Assembly: GCA_022564995.1 (NCBI GenBank)
Contig: JADFKK010000067.1
Span: 1-30,022, forward strand
Source: Planctomycetota bacterium
GTDB taxonomy: Bacteria > Planctomycetota > Planctomycetia > Pirellulales > JADFKK01
Reading direction: 5' to 3'
DNA length: 30,022 bases
Positions within the stretch are counted from its first letter, which is position 1. Each line of letters begins with the position of its first letter. Both the position numbers and the translations under genes were made by a program. The notes under the pieces were generated by a model. That model was not told the origin of the DNA. It was given only the letters and a program-made list of their open reading frames with translations, and did not search any database. Shown piece by piece: positions 18,415-26,954 of the stretch.

Positions 18415-21400
18415 CTACTCATCGAGTGACGCGCGCAGCAGCGCTTCGGCAAGGTCGAAATCAAAGCTTGTGTAATACGTCAAACGGCGGCGGTCGAGGT
18501 TCAGTTTCGCTTTGACGCCGGGATCGACGGCCTTGGCAATTTTTGTATTGATGTCTTTCAGATCGTCGCGGACCGACTTGATACCTTTCTTGTAAAGGTC
18601 GAAGGCCTGTTGTTCCTCTTTTCCGCGCGCGACGATTGCATCGTCGAGCGGCTTGAGGTCGTCTGGCGTCAGGGGCGATTTCGCGGCGCCTAAGGCGTAC
18701 TCGCGCAACGCGCCCGACCACTCGAAGATGTGCCGGGCGTAGGCCGCCGCCGGCGTGTCGGGCTTGGCCTTTGGCAGGGCCTTGACGAGTTTTTCCAGAT
18801 ACTTCACCCCTTCGTTGAGCTTGCCCAACGAGAAATTTTGCCAAGCCAACGCGTGGTAGGCCAATAGCGAATCGGGATGATCGAAGAGCACGTCCTCGAA
18901 TTCCCGCTTCGATAGTGGCGTCTTGCCGTACTTGAGCAACACCAGGCCATAAGCGAGCCTTGGTTCCGGCTCGCTACGGGCCAAATCGTCGGCGTCGTTA
19001 AAAGCGTTGAGATATACATTGCGGTTGGGATGCTTGCGGACTGCCAGCAGCGTGAGGATCGCCTCTTTCGCCTCGGGGCTGAGCCGCTGGAGCGTGGCGT
19101 CGGGCACGAATCGCACGGGCGTTTGTGGGCGGCGCCCTCCGGCGGTTTTCGCCGTTAGGTCTTTCAACACCGCAGCGAAAAGTTCATCTGTATTCAGGCG
19201 ATGATTGCGGTCTTTATCGACGCCCGGCCCACACATGAGCGCTTCGGCCGCCGCCTGGGCAAACAGCCCGACGCTGCCGTCCTTTTTCACGACCGCCCGC
19301 TGGCCCCGCGCACAACTGGCCACGACGTTGACCGACGTGGAGACGGGGCGCCCCGGTGAGGTGCGGAGCGATTCAGCCAACTCGGCCGACGAGGGCTGCC
19401 TGCGGAGATCCTTTCCACGTCCTTCGTGACAAGTGTCGAGCAGAAGGATTTTCTCCTTGGCCGCCGAGGCCTCCATCTGGCCGACCAACCATCGCAGCGA
19501 TAGCCCCGTGGCCGCCATGCGGTCCAAGTCGAATTCCTTGGTGGCCAGATAGGCCGTCCCCGAAGCATCACGATAGCCGTGCCCGACGAAATAAACGATC
19601 AATTGATCCTCAGGCTTGACCAGCTTGAGCATTCGAGAGACATCCTGTTCGAGCCGCGTTCGTGTGGCGTTTGGCTTGTAGTGGAGTTGGTTCTCGTCGA
19701 CGCGATAATGTTCCACCAACACGTCGCGCACCAGGCCGGCGTCGGTGGTTGCGCGGGGCAGCGGCGAAATGGCATCGTTATCGTACTCTCCCTGGCCGAT
19801 GATAATCGCCCAGGTGCTACGATCCGCCTGACGCGCGACGCTAAGGGCCATCGCCTGCGGCCGATCCAGCTCGGGCGAGTCGTGGGCGACCGTCACGCGA
19901 TCGCCCTGGCGAAGAAAATAAAGATCGACCGGGGTGTTTTTTTCGCCGACGGTGATCCGGCAATCGCTGCGCACTGAAAACTTCACCGGATTGTCTTGCC
20001 CGCTGAGTGAGAGAAATACGCTACGATCTTCGTAGGCCACGCGGGTGACGTTGCCGGTGTGATGAAACACGCGATCGGCGTCGATCTTCCTGATCTGCCA
20101 ATCGTGGTTGATACTGACGTGGTCTCCGGCCCGCAGATCGCCCAGCGCGAGAATCTTGCCGTTCACCTGGGAGAGTTTATTGAGCGTGATGGGGCAATCG
20201 TCGGCCAGCGGCAGCGTGCGGACCGGCGCGCTGTTTCCCGGGCCGAGGCGCAGCTTCAACTCATGTTTTTCCGTGTCGATCGCGATGACGTAACCTTCTG
20301 CCGCGGTCAGCCGCGTGGCCGACAGCGACGTAGCCATGCGACCATCGCCGCGGGCAACGTGCCCAAGAGACACCTCATCGCCCTGCTTGAGGTCCTCTAA
20401 CCCGACGGCGCGGCCGCCACCGCCGCTGCCCGTAATTGTATTGGCCGAGCCGTTCAATTTGATTTCAAAATTTTGGGGCAGATAGATTTCCAACGGCGGA
20501 TCGTCCGCGCCGGCACCGGTCAACTCGATCTTGATTTTTCGGGCCTCGGTGTCGATGGCAGCGATCCGCCCGCTGGCGGCGACGGCCTCGGGACGCTTGG
20601 CGGTGATTTGCTTGGCGCTGCCCGCATCCAATATCCGTATGACGATGGCGTCTCCCACCTTGAGGTCTTGCAGTTGGACCTTACGATCGTTGAGGAAGAT
20701 GTCGTCCGTCTGAGGATTGATGTCGACACGCACCGAATCGATACTGCCGGGCACGCTCAGCCAGATACTATTGAGCCGCACGTCTTTGTGCTCCAGCGTC
20801 CCCTCGCTCGGTAGCTTGTTCTTGACGTCGGTCTGAATCGTCTCCGTCTGCGGGAAGACCTTGTCGGCGACGAACATGCCGACACAGAGCAGCAGGCTGA
20901 CCGACACGGCTGCGATGGTCAACACCCGCTTTCGCTTTGCCTTGCGCGCTTCTTCTTCGGCGCGGGCCGCTTCAACTTCGGCCGGCGACTGATCGGCAAG
21001 CTGCGCCAGCGTGCGCAAGTCGACGACCGCCTCTTCGGCCGTGCGATACCGCTTGGCCGGGTCTTTCTGCGTGAGCTTCTCGATGACGGTGACCAGGTCC
21101 GCAGGCACGCCTTCCAACACGCGGTTGATTTCCGGCAGGCGGCGATCGGCCGCGGCGTGCCACATCATCCAGGCAACCTGTTGATCGCGGCCGATGATGT
21201 TCAGCCCGGGAAACAACGACTCGAACTGTTCGCCACACAGTAGATCGAAGGCCGCGAAGCCGAGCGAGTAAAGATCGCTGTGCGGGCCGACGGGTCCGAA
21301 TTGGTCGGAGACGACCTCGGGGGCCATGTATTTGGTGGTGCCCTTGAGCAGGCTGCCATCGTCGCCGGCAACGCGGCGGGCGATGCCAAAATCGCCCAGC

Positions 21401-21834
21401 TTGACGCGATCCGATTTGTCGAGCATCAGATTGCCGGGCTTGACGTCGCCGTGAACGATGCCGTTTTGATGCAGAAAGTGCAGCGCGTGCAGCGTGTAGA
21501 TCAGCGTGAGTCGCAAAAAGTCGACGTCGATCGGCTGGCCGTGCAATTGCTGCTGCAAGCCGCCCTTCATCAACTCCAGAACGAGCCAGCCTCGCTCGCG
21601 GACGATGTCGTAGATCGTCATGATGTTGGGATGTTCGAGCGAGGCCAACAATTGGGCCTCCTGCCAATAGCGTTCCAATTGTGCCGGGTCGTCGAGATAT
21701 TGCTGATGGATCTGCTTGATCGCCACCTCGCGATTGAGCTCCAGATCGCGGGCGCGATAGACCGTGGCGAAATCGCCCTTGGCGATTTGGTCGATAATCT
21801 GATATCGCTCGTGGGGCTGCATGGCTGGGATCAC
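18415..21834 (-). CDS. Hanks-type Ser/Thr protein kinase of 1,139 aa. The domain order is N-terminal kinase, a single transmembrane helix, beta-rich repeats, a caspase-like (peptidase C14) His/Cys domain, and a C-terminal alpha-helical TPR-like region.
   Basis: Kinase motifs are GDFATVYRA, VAIKQI, HRDVKPGN-type HGDVKPGNLML, DFGIARR and TKYMAPE. The transmembrane helix is VLTIAAVSVSLLLCVGMFVA at about nt 20860-20920. The caspase-like block at about nt 19400-19870 has WAIIIGQGEYD...LIVYFVGHGY...KILLLDTCHEGRG, a His-Gly then D-x-C-H dyad pattern. The C-terminus has TPR-like helices. Confidence 0.9.
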   Translation of the reverse strand: MIPAMQPHERYQIIDQIAKGDFATVYRARDLELNREVAIKQIHQQYLDDPAQLERYWQEAQLLASLEHPNIMTIYDIVRERGWLVLELMKGGLQQQLHGQPIDVDFLRLTLIYTLHALHFLHQNGIVHGDVKPGNLMLDKSDRVKLGDFGIARRVAGDDGSLLKGTTKYMAPEVVSDQFGPVGPHSDLYSLGFAAFDLLCGEQFESLFPGLNIIGRDQQVAWMMWHAAADRRLPEINRVLEGVPADLVTVIEKLTQKDPAKRYRTAEEAVVDLRTLAQLADQSPAEVEAARAEEEARKAKRKRVLTIAAVSVSLLLCVGMFVADKVFPQTETIQTDVKNKLPSEGTLEHKDVRLNSIWLSVPGSIDSVRVDINPQTDDIFLNDRKVQLQDLKVGDAIVIRILDAGSAKQITAKRPEAVAASGRIAAIDTEARKIKIELTGAGADDPPLEIYLPQNFEIKLNGSANTITGSGGGGRAVGLEDLKQGDEVSLGHVARGDGRMATSLSATRLTAAEGYVIAIDTEKHELKLRLGPGNSAPVRTLPLADDCPITLNKLSQVNGKILALGDLRAGDHVSINHDWQIRKIDADRVFHHTGNVTRVAYEDRSVFLSLSGQDNPVKFSVRSDCRITVGEKNTPVDLYFLRQGDRVTVAHDSPELDRPQAMALSVARQADRSTWAIIIGQGEYDNDAISPLPRATTDAGLVRDVLVEHYRVDENQLHYKPNATRTRLEQDVSRMLKLVKPEDQLIVYFVGHGYRDASGTAYLATKEFDLDRMAATGLSLRWLVGQMEASAAKEKILLLDTCHEGRGKDLRRQPSSAELAESLRTSPGRPVSTSVNVVASCARGQRAVVKKDGSVGLFAQAAAEALMCGPGVDKDRNHRLNTDELFAAVLKDLTAKTAGGRRPQTPVRFVPDATLQRLSPEAKEAILTLLAVRKHPNRNVYLNAFNDADDLARSEPEPRLAYGLVLLKYGKTPLSKREFEDVLFDHPDSLLAYHALAWQNFSLGKLNEGVKYLEKLVKALPKAKPDTPAAAYARHIFEWSGALREYALGAAKSPLTPDDLKPLDDAIVARGKEEQQAFDLYKKGIKSVRDDLKDINTKIAKAVDPGVKAKLNLDRRRLTYYTSFDFDLAEALLRASLDE

Positions 21835-22715
21835 TCGCGCCGCAAAATGTTGATTAACGCTTCCAGATTCTCGTCGCTGGGCGCCGACCCGGTCACTTGG
21901 CCGGTCACGCCAGCGTACTTATTCTTACCCTCGGCATGTAACATGTCTAGCACCTGCTTGTAGAGCATTTTTTCGGATTTTTCATCGCCACTGGAATGCT
22001 CCTGTAGCGCCTCGCGAATCAGCAGTTGATAAGGCTGCAACTGCGAGGTCTCGGACTGCTCGCCAATGTAGTAGGCCTCGAGCGATTCCCGCGATTCTTG
22101 CTTGCTCCTGCTTTCGCTGCGCGATGTAGACATATCGACCAACAGCAGCAGCACGCTAAAGCCGATGCTCACCACCAGTGCGACAATCAACAGCGGCGAG
22201 CTGCCCGAGGAGGAGACTTCCTCGGTTTTTTCCTTGGCATCGGCCTCTCGCAAGACCAACTCCGGCAACTGGCCATCGGCGCCGAGTTGAATTTTCGTCT
22301 CCGTCCGCTCGGCCGTGATGAACTTCGCTTGCTTGGCCTTGCGGCGCTGGCGTTTTGGCTGGCGTTTTGGCTGGACGGGCGGCCCAGTGGACGGATCAGC
22401 GGTCGGCACGTCTGGCGACGGAGTGGGCAACACCGTGGGCGGCTCGGCCGGATTGACGGCTGCGGCAGCCACTTTGGCGGAATCCCGCCCCTTGACGCTC
22501 TTCAATCCCGCCGGCACGACGCCTGCCCGACGCTTCGGCGTGTCCGGCGGCGGAGGCGGCGACGGAGGTGGCGACGTCGCTGGCGTAGAACTTTCGCCGC
22601 CAAGCGACACGGGAAACTGGCTCTTGCATTGCGGACAGGAGGCCAGTTGGCCGACCAATTCATCCGGCGCGGTCAGCTCCGAGTTGCAACCAGGACATTT
22701 TACTTGGACGGGCAT
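21831..22715 (-). CDS. Membrane protein with an N-terminal zinc-ribbon (CPGC...CPQC), a Pro-rich linker, a basic patch, one transmembrane helix and a C-terminal domain of about 100 aa. Its function is unknown and it sits inside the tad operon.
   Basis: MPVQVKCPGCNSELTAPDELVGQLASCPQCKSQF; PPPSPPPPPDTP; KRQPKRQRRKAKQAKF followed by the TM LLIVALVVSIGFSVLLLLV. Its start is immediately downstream of the tadC stop and its end overlaps the kinase start by 4 nt. Confidence 0.7.
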   Translation of the reverse strand: MPVQVKCPGCNSELTAPDELVGQLASCPQCKSQFPVSLGGESSTPATSPPPSPPPPPDTPKRRAGVVPAGLKSVKGRDSAKVAAAAVNPAEPPTVLPTPSPDVPTADPSTGPPVQPKRQPKRQRRKAKQAKFITAERTETKIQLGADGQLPELVLREADAKEKTEEVSSSGSSPLLIVALVVSIGFSVLLLLVDMSTSRSESRSKQESRESLEAYYIGEQSETSQLQPYQLLIREALQEHSSGDEKSEKMLYKQVLDMLHAEGKNKYAGVTGQVTGSAPSDENLEALINILRRE

Positions 22716-22721
22716 AAACGG

Positions 22722-23675
22722 TTATAGCTCAAAACCGGAGGTGAGGAAATTCAAGACAAACGGGCCGAGCATGATTAACACGGTGGCCGCCATCACCAAC
22801 ACGCCCGGCAGCAGCATGTTGACGGCCGATTCGCCGGCGATTGTTTCGGCCCGCTGGCTGCGCTTGACGCGGAGCACGTCGGCCGTAGCGCGCAAAATGC
22901 CGGTCAGCGGCGTGCCCAACTCTTCGCTCTGAATGATCGTACCGATGATCGAATTGATCTCGTCGTCCGATAGCCGGCGACGCATCGACTCGAACGCCTC
23001 GCTACGGGCCTTGCCCATGTTCATGTCGGTCAGCACGCGGCCGAACTCCGTGGAGATGGGGTGTCCCTCGAACTCGATCACCGTCTGCTTGAGCGCTTGC
23101 AGGAAGCTCGATCCGGCCTCCATCAGCAGCGTGAGCAGATCGAGCACAAACGGCATTCGGCGTTTGATCTCGACCAACCGGCGCTCGGCCAGTCCAGCCA
23201 ACCGGCGGCGCAACAGCCAGACGGTTAGGCCGGCCAGCATCAGAGCCGACACCGCGCCGACCGATCCCATCCAATCGATGCAGAAGTACAGATAGACCGG
23301 CAGCAACAACAGCGAGATCACCTGGCAGCGAGCCAGATACTCTTCGGCCAGCCAATAACGCGATAGCCCGGCCGCTTGGATCTGTCGGCCGATCTCCGGC
23401 AGGCGGGTTGGAACGGCGGCGCGATTGAGCTTGGCGAAAAACTGCACGACCGGCTGCAACAAGCGATAGATGACGTCGCCGCGGCGCAGCGCGTTGATGC
23501 GGCTCACGTCGTAACGCCATTCGTCCTCTTGAGCAACATCGTCCGAGGCCAGCGCCGACAGCACCCACCACAGCAGCGCAGCGACAGCGCCGCCGGTCAG
23601 TCCACAGGCAGCCAGCGCCAAGGGGTCAATCACCGCGAGCGGTGCGATCGAGATGTTCAGGCTAGATGTCAGCAC
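22722..23675 (-). CDS. tadC: TadC-like Flp pilus assembly inner-membrane platform protein (T2SS-F/GspF family).
   Basis: It has the GspF-type topology with a cytoplasmic helical domain (FVLDLLTLLMEAGSSFLQALKQ...) between transmembrane segments. It overlaps the tadB stop by 14 nt and follows tadB in the canonical order. Confidence 0.8.
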   Translation of the reverse strand: MLTSSLNISIAPLAVIDPLALAACGLTGGAVAALLWWVLSALASDDVAQEDEWRYDVSRINALRRGDVIYRLLQPVVQFFAKLNRAAVPTRLPEIGRQIQAAGLSRYWLAEEYLARCQVISLLLLPVYLYFCIDWMGSVGAVSALMLAGLTVWLLRRRLAGLAERRLVEIKRRMPFVLDLLTLLMEAGSSFLQALKQTVIEFEGHPISTEFGRVLTDMNMGKARSEAFESMRRRLSDDEINSIIGTIIQSEELGTPLTGILRATADVLRVKRSQRAETIAGESAVNMLLPGVLVMAATVLIMLGPFVLNFLTSGFEL

Positions 23676-24582
23676 GCATGATCCTCAATGCCCACAGGTA
23701 AGCCACGACGTTCAACACCACGGCCGCACAAAGAATTAACTGGCCGGGCAGCGTGTTGAACAGCAGCGTGACGTTTTCCGGAGTGACGAACGCATACAAA
23801 ATCAAAATGACCGGAGGCACCATGGCCATGTAAACGGCCGACTTGCGAGCCTGGGCCGTTTCGCTGCGAACCTTTCGCTCGAGCCGCTGCATCTCGACCA
23901 CGCTCTTGGCGATTCGCTCGACCGCCTCATTCAGTCGGCCGCCGCTCTCTCGGCTGGCCAACAGGGCCGCGGCGAAGAGCAGAAAATTTTCGCTCTTGAG
24001 CCGCTCCTTGGCCTCGGTCAGCGTGCGCTCCAGCGGCTTGCCCATCTCGTACTCGCCGACGATCTGCTGGAATTCCTGATTGATCGGACGGGGACAGTCT
24101 TTGGCCAACATTTCCAGCGCCTGGGCCAGCGACAAGCCGGCCCGGATCGCGCTGCTGAACGTAACCATCGCATCGGCCAGTTGTTCCTCGATTCTATCGC
24201 GCCGCCGGACCGAAAGCCTGCGCACGATGTACCAAGGCCCGGCGGTCATCGCTACGGCGGCCAGCACTCCCAACGGAAAGCTGTCGAGCGCGAGCCACAG
24301 GCAAACGAACGTGGCGCCGATCAGGCCGGCCCACAGATTGATCCAGCGGCGCAAGTTTCGCGACCCGATTCGCAGGCCGCGCAGCCGTTCGGTCAAGTCG
24401 TTCTCGACCAAATCGCAAGCCTGCCCGTAGCCCGGCCGGATTGCGAAAGCGGCACCCGCCACGCAAACGCCGGTGATCAGGTTGACGGCTAATAGCCCCA
24501 GGTCATTCACGGTGGGCTCTCGATGTTTCGTTGGGTGGTTGAAGTGGATTGGTTCGTAAAGGTCGACAGGTAGGGTGAGCAA
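23662..24582 (-). CDS. tadB: TadB-like Flp pilus assembly inner-membrane platform protein (T2SS-F family).
   Basis: T2SSF-like cytoplasmic domain (MVTFSSAIRAGLSLAQALEMLAKD...) with N- and C-terminal transmembrane helices. It is immediately downstream of cpaF. Confidence 0.8.
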   Translation of the reverse strand: MLTLPVDLYEPIHFNHPTKHREPTVNDLGLLAVNLITGVCVAGAAFAIRPGYGQACDLVENDLTERLRGLRIGSRNLRRWINLWAGLIGATFVCLWLALDSFPLGVLAAVAMTAGPWYIVRRLSVRRRDRIEEQLADAMVTFSSAIRAGLSLAQALEMLAKDCPRPINQEFQQIVGEYEMGKPLERTLTEAKERLKSENFLLFAAALLASRESGGRLNEAVERIAKSVVEMQRLERKVRSETAQARKSAVYMAMVPPVILILYAFVTPENVTLLFNTLPGQLILCAAVVLNVVAYLWALRIMRADI

Positions 24583-24597
24583 CTCGTGGGTCGAAAG

Positions 24598-24684
24598 ATT
24601 TGTTATTTGTTATTTGTCATTTGTCATTGGTCATTGAAAGCTGAAAATGACGAATGACGGATGACAAATAATGAATGATAAATT
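24598..24684. repeat. AT-rich imperfect inverted repeat made of tandem heptamers (TTATTTG/TCATTTG/TCATTGG on the left, TGACGAA/TGACGGA/TGACAAA on the right) between cpaF and tadB.
   Basis: tttgtcatttgtcattggtcatt, then gaaagctgaa, then aatgacgaatgacggatgacaaa: stems of about 23 bp with 3 mismatches and a 10 nt loop. The local GC is about 30% inside a 65% GC operon. Confidence 0.8.
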
Positions 24685-24712
24685 CGGCGCGTCGTGGCAG
24701 CGATCACTCCCC

Positions 24713-26629
24713 TCACGATTTCCCGTTGCTTTGTTCTTCTCCCTCCCAGGCTCCATATAAAAACTCAAGCTCCAGCAGTTGTTTCTCCACCAGCGAATCG
24801 ACAAACGTCGGCAGGTAGCCGGTCGGTCGCAGGCTCTTTCCGTCGCGGCGATTGAAAATGTCGGTGAGGATCGGTTCGATGGTGTCGGGATGAACCCCGG
24901 AAACTTCGGTGATTTGTGCCACCACGCGCTGCCCGCTGGGAAGCCGGTCGATGTGGACGATCAGGTCGATGGCCGAAGCGATTTGCCGGTGAATCGAACT
25001 CATCGGCAACTCGGCGCCCATCAGCATCAACAGCTCCAGCCGGGCGATCACCTCTTCGCTGCTGTTGGCATGAACCGTGGTCATCGAACCGTCGTGGCCC
25101 GTATTCATCGCCTGGATCATGTCGAGCGCCTCGCCGCCGCGACATTCGCCGACCACAATCCGATCGGGCCGCATGCGCAGGGCGTTCTTCACTAAATCGC
25201 GTATCGTATACGCACCGGCCCCTTCGACATTGGCCGGCTTGCTCTCCAGGCTGACCACGTGCTCCTGATGCAGCCGCAATTCGGTCGTGTCTTCGATCGA
25301 AACGATCCGCTCTTTATGCGGAATAAAGCTACTCAGCACGTTGAGCATCGTTGTTTTGCCCGAGCCGGTGCCGCCGCTGATCAGAATGCTTTTGCGATCG
25401 ACCACGCAGGCTCGCACAAACATGGCGGCGGCCTTGCCGATGGTTCCCAGTTCGATCAGGTCGTCCATCGTCATCCGCTGAATTGGAAACTTGCGAATCG
25501 TCAAACAGGGCCCGAACACGGCCAAAGGTGGAATGATCGCATTCACCCGCGAGCCGTCGGGCAAGCGCGCGTCGACCAGCGGCTGGCTTTTGTCGATCCG
25601 CCGGCCGACCTGGGCAACGATTCGCTCGATGATCGATTCGGTAACTTTTTCCGAGATAAACCGCCGGCCGGAGTTCTCAATCACCCCGTCGCGCTCCACA
25701 TAGATTTGATCGCTACGGACCACCATGATTTCGCTGATGGTCGGGGCGCGGAGCAAATCTTGCAGCGGCCCGAAGCCGAAGACGATGTCCTTGAGATCTT
25801 TCTTGAGCATCCGCAGCACCAGATACTTGCGCAGCTCGCCGTGCAGATGCGGCCGAACCAGCGGAAATACGTCGATGAAGCGATCCTCGACACGCTGGAT
25901 TTTCTGGCTGACGTCGGGCAGCTTTTCGAGATCTAGTTTTTCCCGCAGGAATTGCAGCAGGCTGTGTAGCTCGGTCTCGCGCTCGGGCACCAACGTGGCC
26001 GGGATGTCGAATTCATTGGAGGTGAGCGCTGCCAGATCGAACACCTCGTCGGCGCCGGTCTCCATGATGAGTTGATTGATCAGATGGTCGCGCAGCCCCA
26101 GGCCGGTAATCTCCTCCAGCAGCGAGTCGTTGATATCGCCGAACAGGTTCATCTCGCGGCAAACGTCTTCGATGTTGTTTTCCAGCGACAAAATGCTCTC
26201 GGGCGTGGCTCCGCTGGCGGAATCGGTCTCGTACAGATCGAGGCGTTCGAGCAGCTTTTTGTGAATCCGCAATTCCAGATCGGCCACCGTGGTGCGCAGA
26301 TGGGCTTCGAGCTCCTCGCGGCTGATGCCGGCCACCTCTTCGGTCTCGAAGCTGATCGTGTAGGGCCAGATGCGGACCTTGACGCTGGAAGTGAACTTGG
26401 CCCGCTCTCCGCCGAGCACTTCCGTATCGCCGACCAGGCAGCTATTCAGGCCGACGTTTTCCAGTTCCATTTCGCCGTTATGAACGCGCACCACGGCGTG
26501 CCGGCGCGAGACCAGCGGGCTGCGCAGCACCACGCTGTTGGTCTCTTCGCGGCCGATGTAAAACTCATTGGCCTCGATTTCGACCACACTGCGGCGGCTT
26601 TCGTTGACTTTGTTAAACCAGATTTTCAT
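24713..26629 (-). CDS. cpaF: CpaF/TadA secretion ATPase (VirB11/GspE superfamily) with an N-terminal FHA-like domain.
   Basis: ATPase core: KSILISGGTGSGKTTMLNVL (Walker A), SIEDTTEL, RIVVGECRGGEALDMIQAMNTGHDGSMTTVHANS. The N-terminal 100 aa contain FYIGREETNSVVLRSPLVSRRHAVVRVHNGEMELENVGLNSCLVGDTEV, which fits the FHA pattern GR...D..L....VSR.HA... Confidence 0.88.
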   Translation of the reverse strand: MKIWFNKVNESRRSVVEIEANEFYIGREETNSVVLRSPLVSRRHAVVRVHNGEMELENVGLNSCLVGDTEVLGGERAKFTSSVKVRIWPYTISFETEEVAGISREELEAHLRTTVADLELRIHKKLLERLDLYETDSASGATPESILSLENNIEDVCREMNLFGDINDSLLEEITGLGLRDHLINQLIMETGADEVFDLAALTSNEFDIPATLVPERETELHSLLQFLREKLDLEKLPDVSQKIQRVEDRFIDVFPLVRPHLHGELRKYLVLRMLKKDLKDIVFGFGPLQDLLRAPTISEIMVVRSDQIYVERDGVIENSGRRFISEKVTESIIERIVAQVGRRIDKSQPLVDARLPDGSRVNAIIPPLAVFGPCLTIRKFPIQRMTMDDLIELGTIGKAAAMFVRACVVDRKSILISGGTGSGKTTMLNVLSSFIPHKERIVSIEDTTELRLHQEHVVSLESKPANVEGAGAYTIRDLVKNALRMRPDRIVVGECRGGEALDMIQAMNTGHDGSMTTVHANSSEEVIARLELLMLMGAELPMSSIHRQIASAIDLIVHIDRLPSGQRVVAQITEVSGVHPDTIEPILTDIFNRRDGKSLRPTGYLPTFVDSLVEKQLLELEFLYGAWEGEEQSNGKS

Positions 26630-26652
26630 GCGTGCAGTATCAATTCAGATCG

Positions 26653-26679
26653 GTGCCTGGGGCAGGTTTCCTAACCTGC
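26653..26679 (-). promoter_or_regulatory. Conserved 22-nt hairpin motif GCAGGTT-AGGA-AACCTGC-CCCA, 28 nt upstream of the cpaF start codon on the coding strand.
   Basis: The reverse complement of 26658-26679 is gcaggttaggaaacctgcccca. This is 21/22 identical to 16650-16671 upstream of the PfkB-family gene. Confidence 0.5.
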
Positions 26680-26705
26680 CACCGACAAGGCGCAGGGTGC
26701 ATCGC

Positions 26706-26954
26706 GAGGCTTGAGGCTTGAGGCTTGAGGCTTGAGGCTTGAGGCTTGAGGGGTCGAGGGGTTGAAGGGTTGAGGGGTTGAGGGGTGAGAAAACTAGCAA
26801 GAACACAACAGGACGAACACGGATCAGAAAACAGCATGATTCCGTCAATTTTCCTCCTAAACCGCTCACTCCTTACTCCTCACTTCTCAAGCCTCAACTC
26901 CTCAACTCCTCACTCCTCACTCCTCAAGCCTCAAGCCTCAAGCCTCAAGCCTCA
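26706..26954. repeat. Large imperfect inverted repeat of about 250 bp (a potential cruciform or long hairpin). Its arms are tandem heptamer/octamer arrays, (GGCTTGA)x5-6 then (GGGGTTGA)x4, with inverted (TCAACTCC/TCACTCC)x4 then (TCAAGCC)x5. A spacer of about 78 bp separates the arms.
   Basis: The left arm is 26706-26787 and the right arm is 26865-26954, its reverse complement with a G-rich/AG-rich substitution. The repeat lies between the cpaB stop (26952) and the cpaF start (26629). Translating it gives the spurious LKPQASSLKPQASSL ORFs in the track. Confidence 0.85.

Noticed and set aside
20972-21963. ORFs 20972..21667 on the - strand and 21280..21963 on the + strand within the kinase gene.
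   Set aside because: They are nested in the Hanks kinase domain coding region in other frames or on the other strand, and are Arg-rich low complexity.
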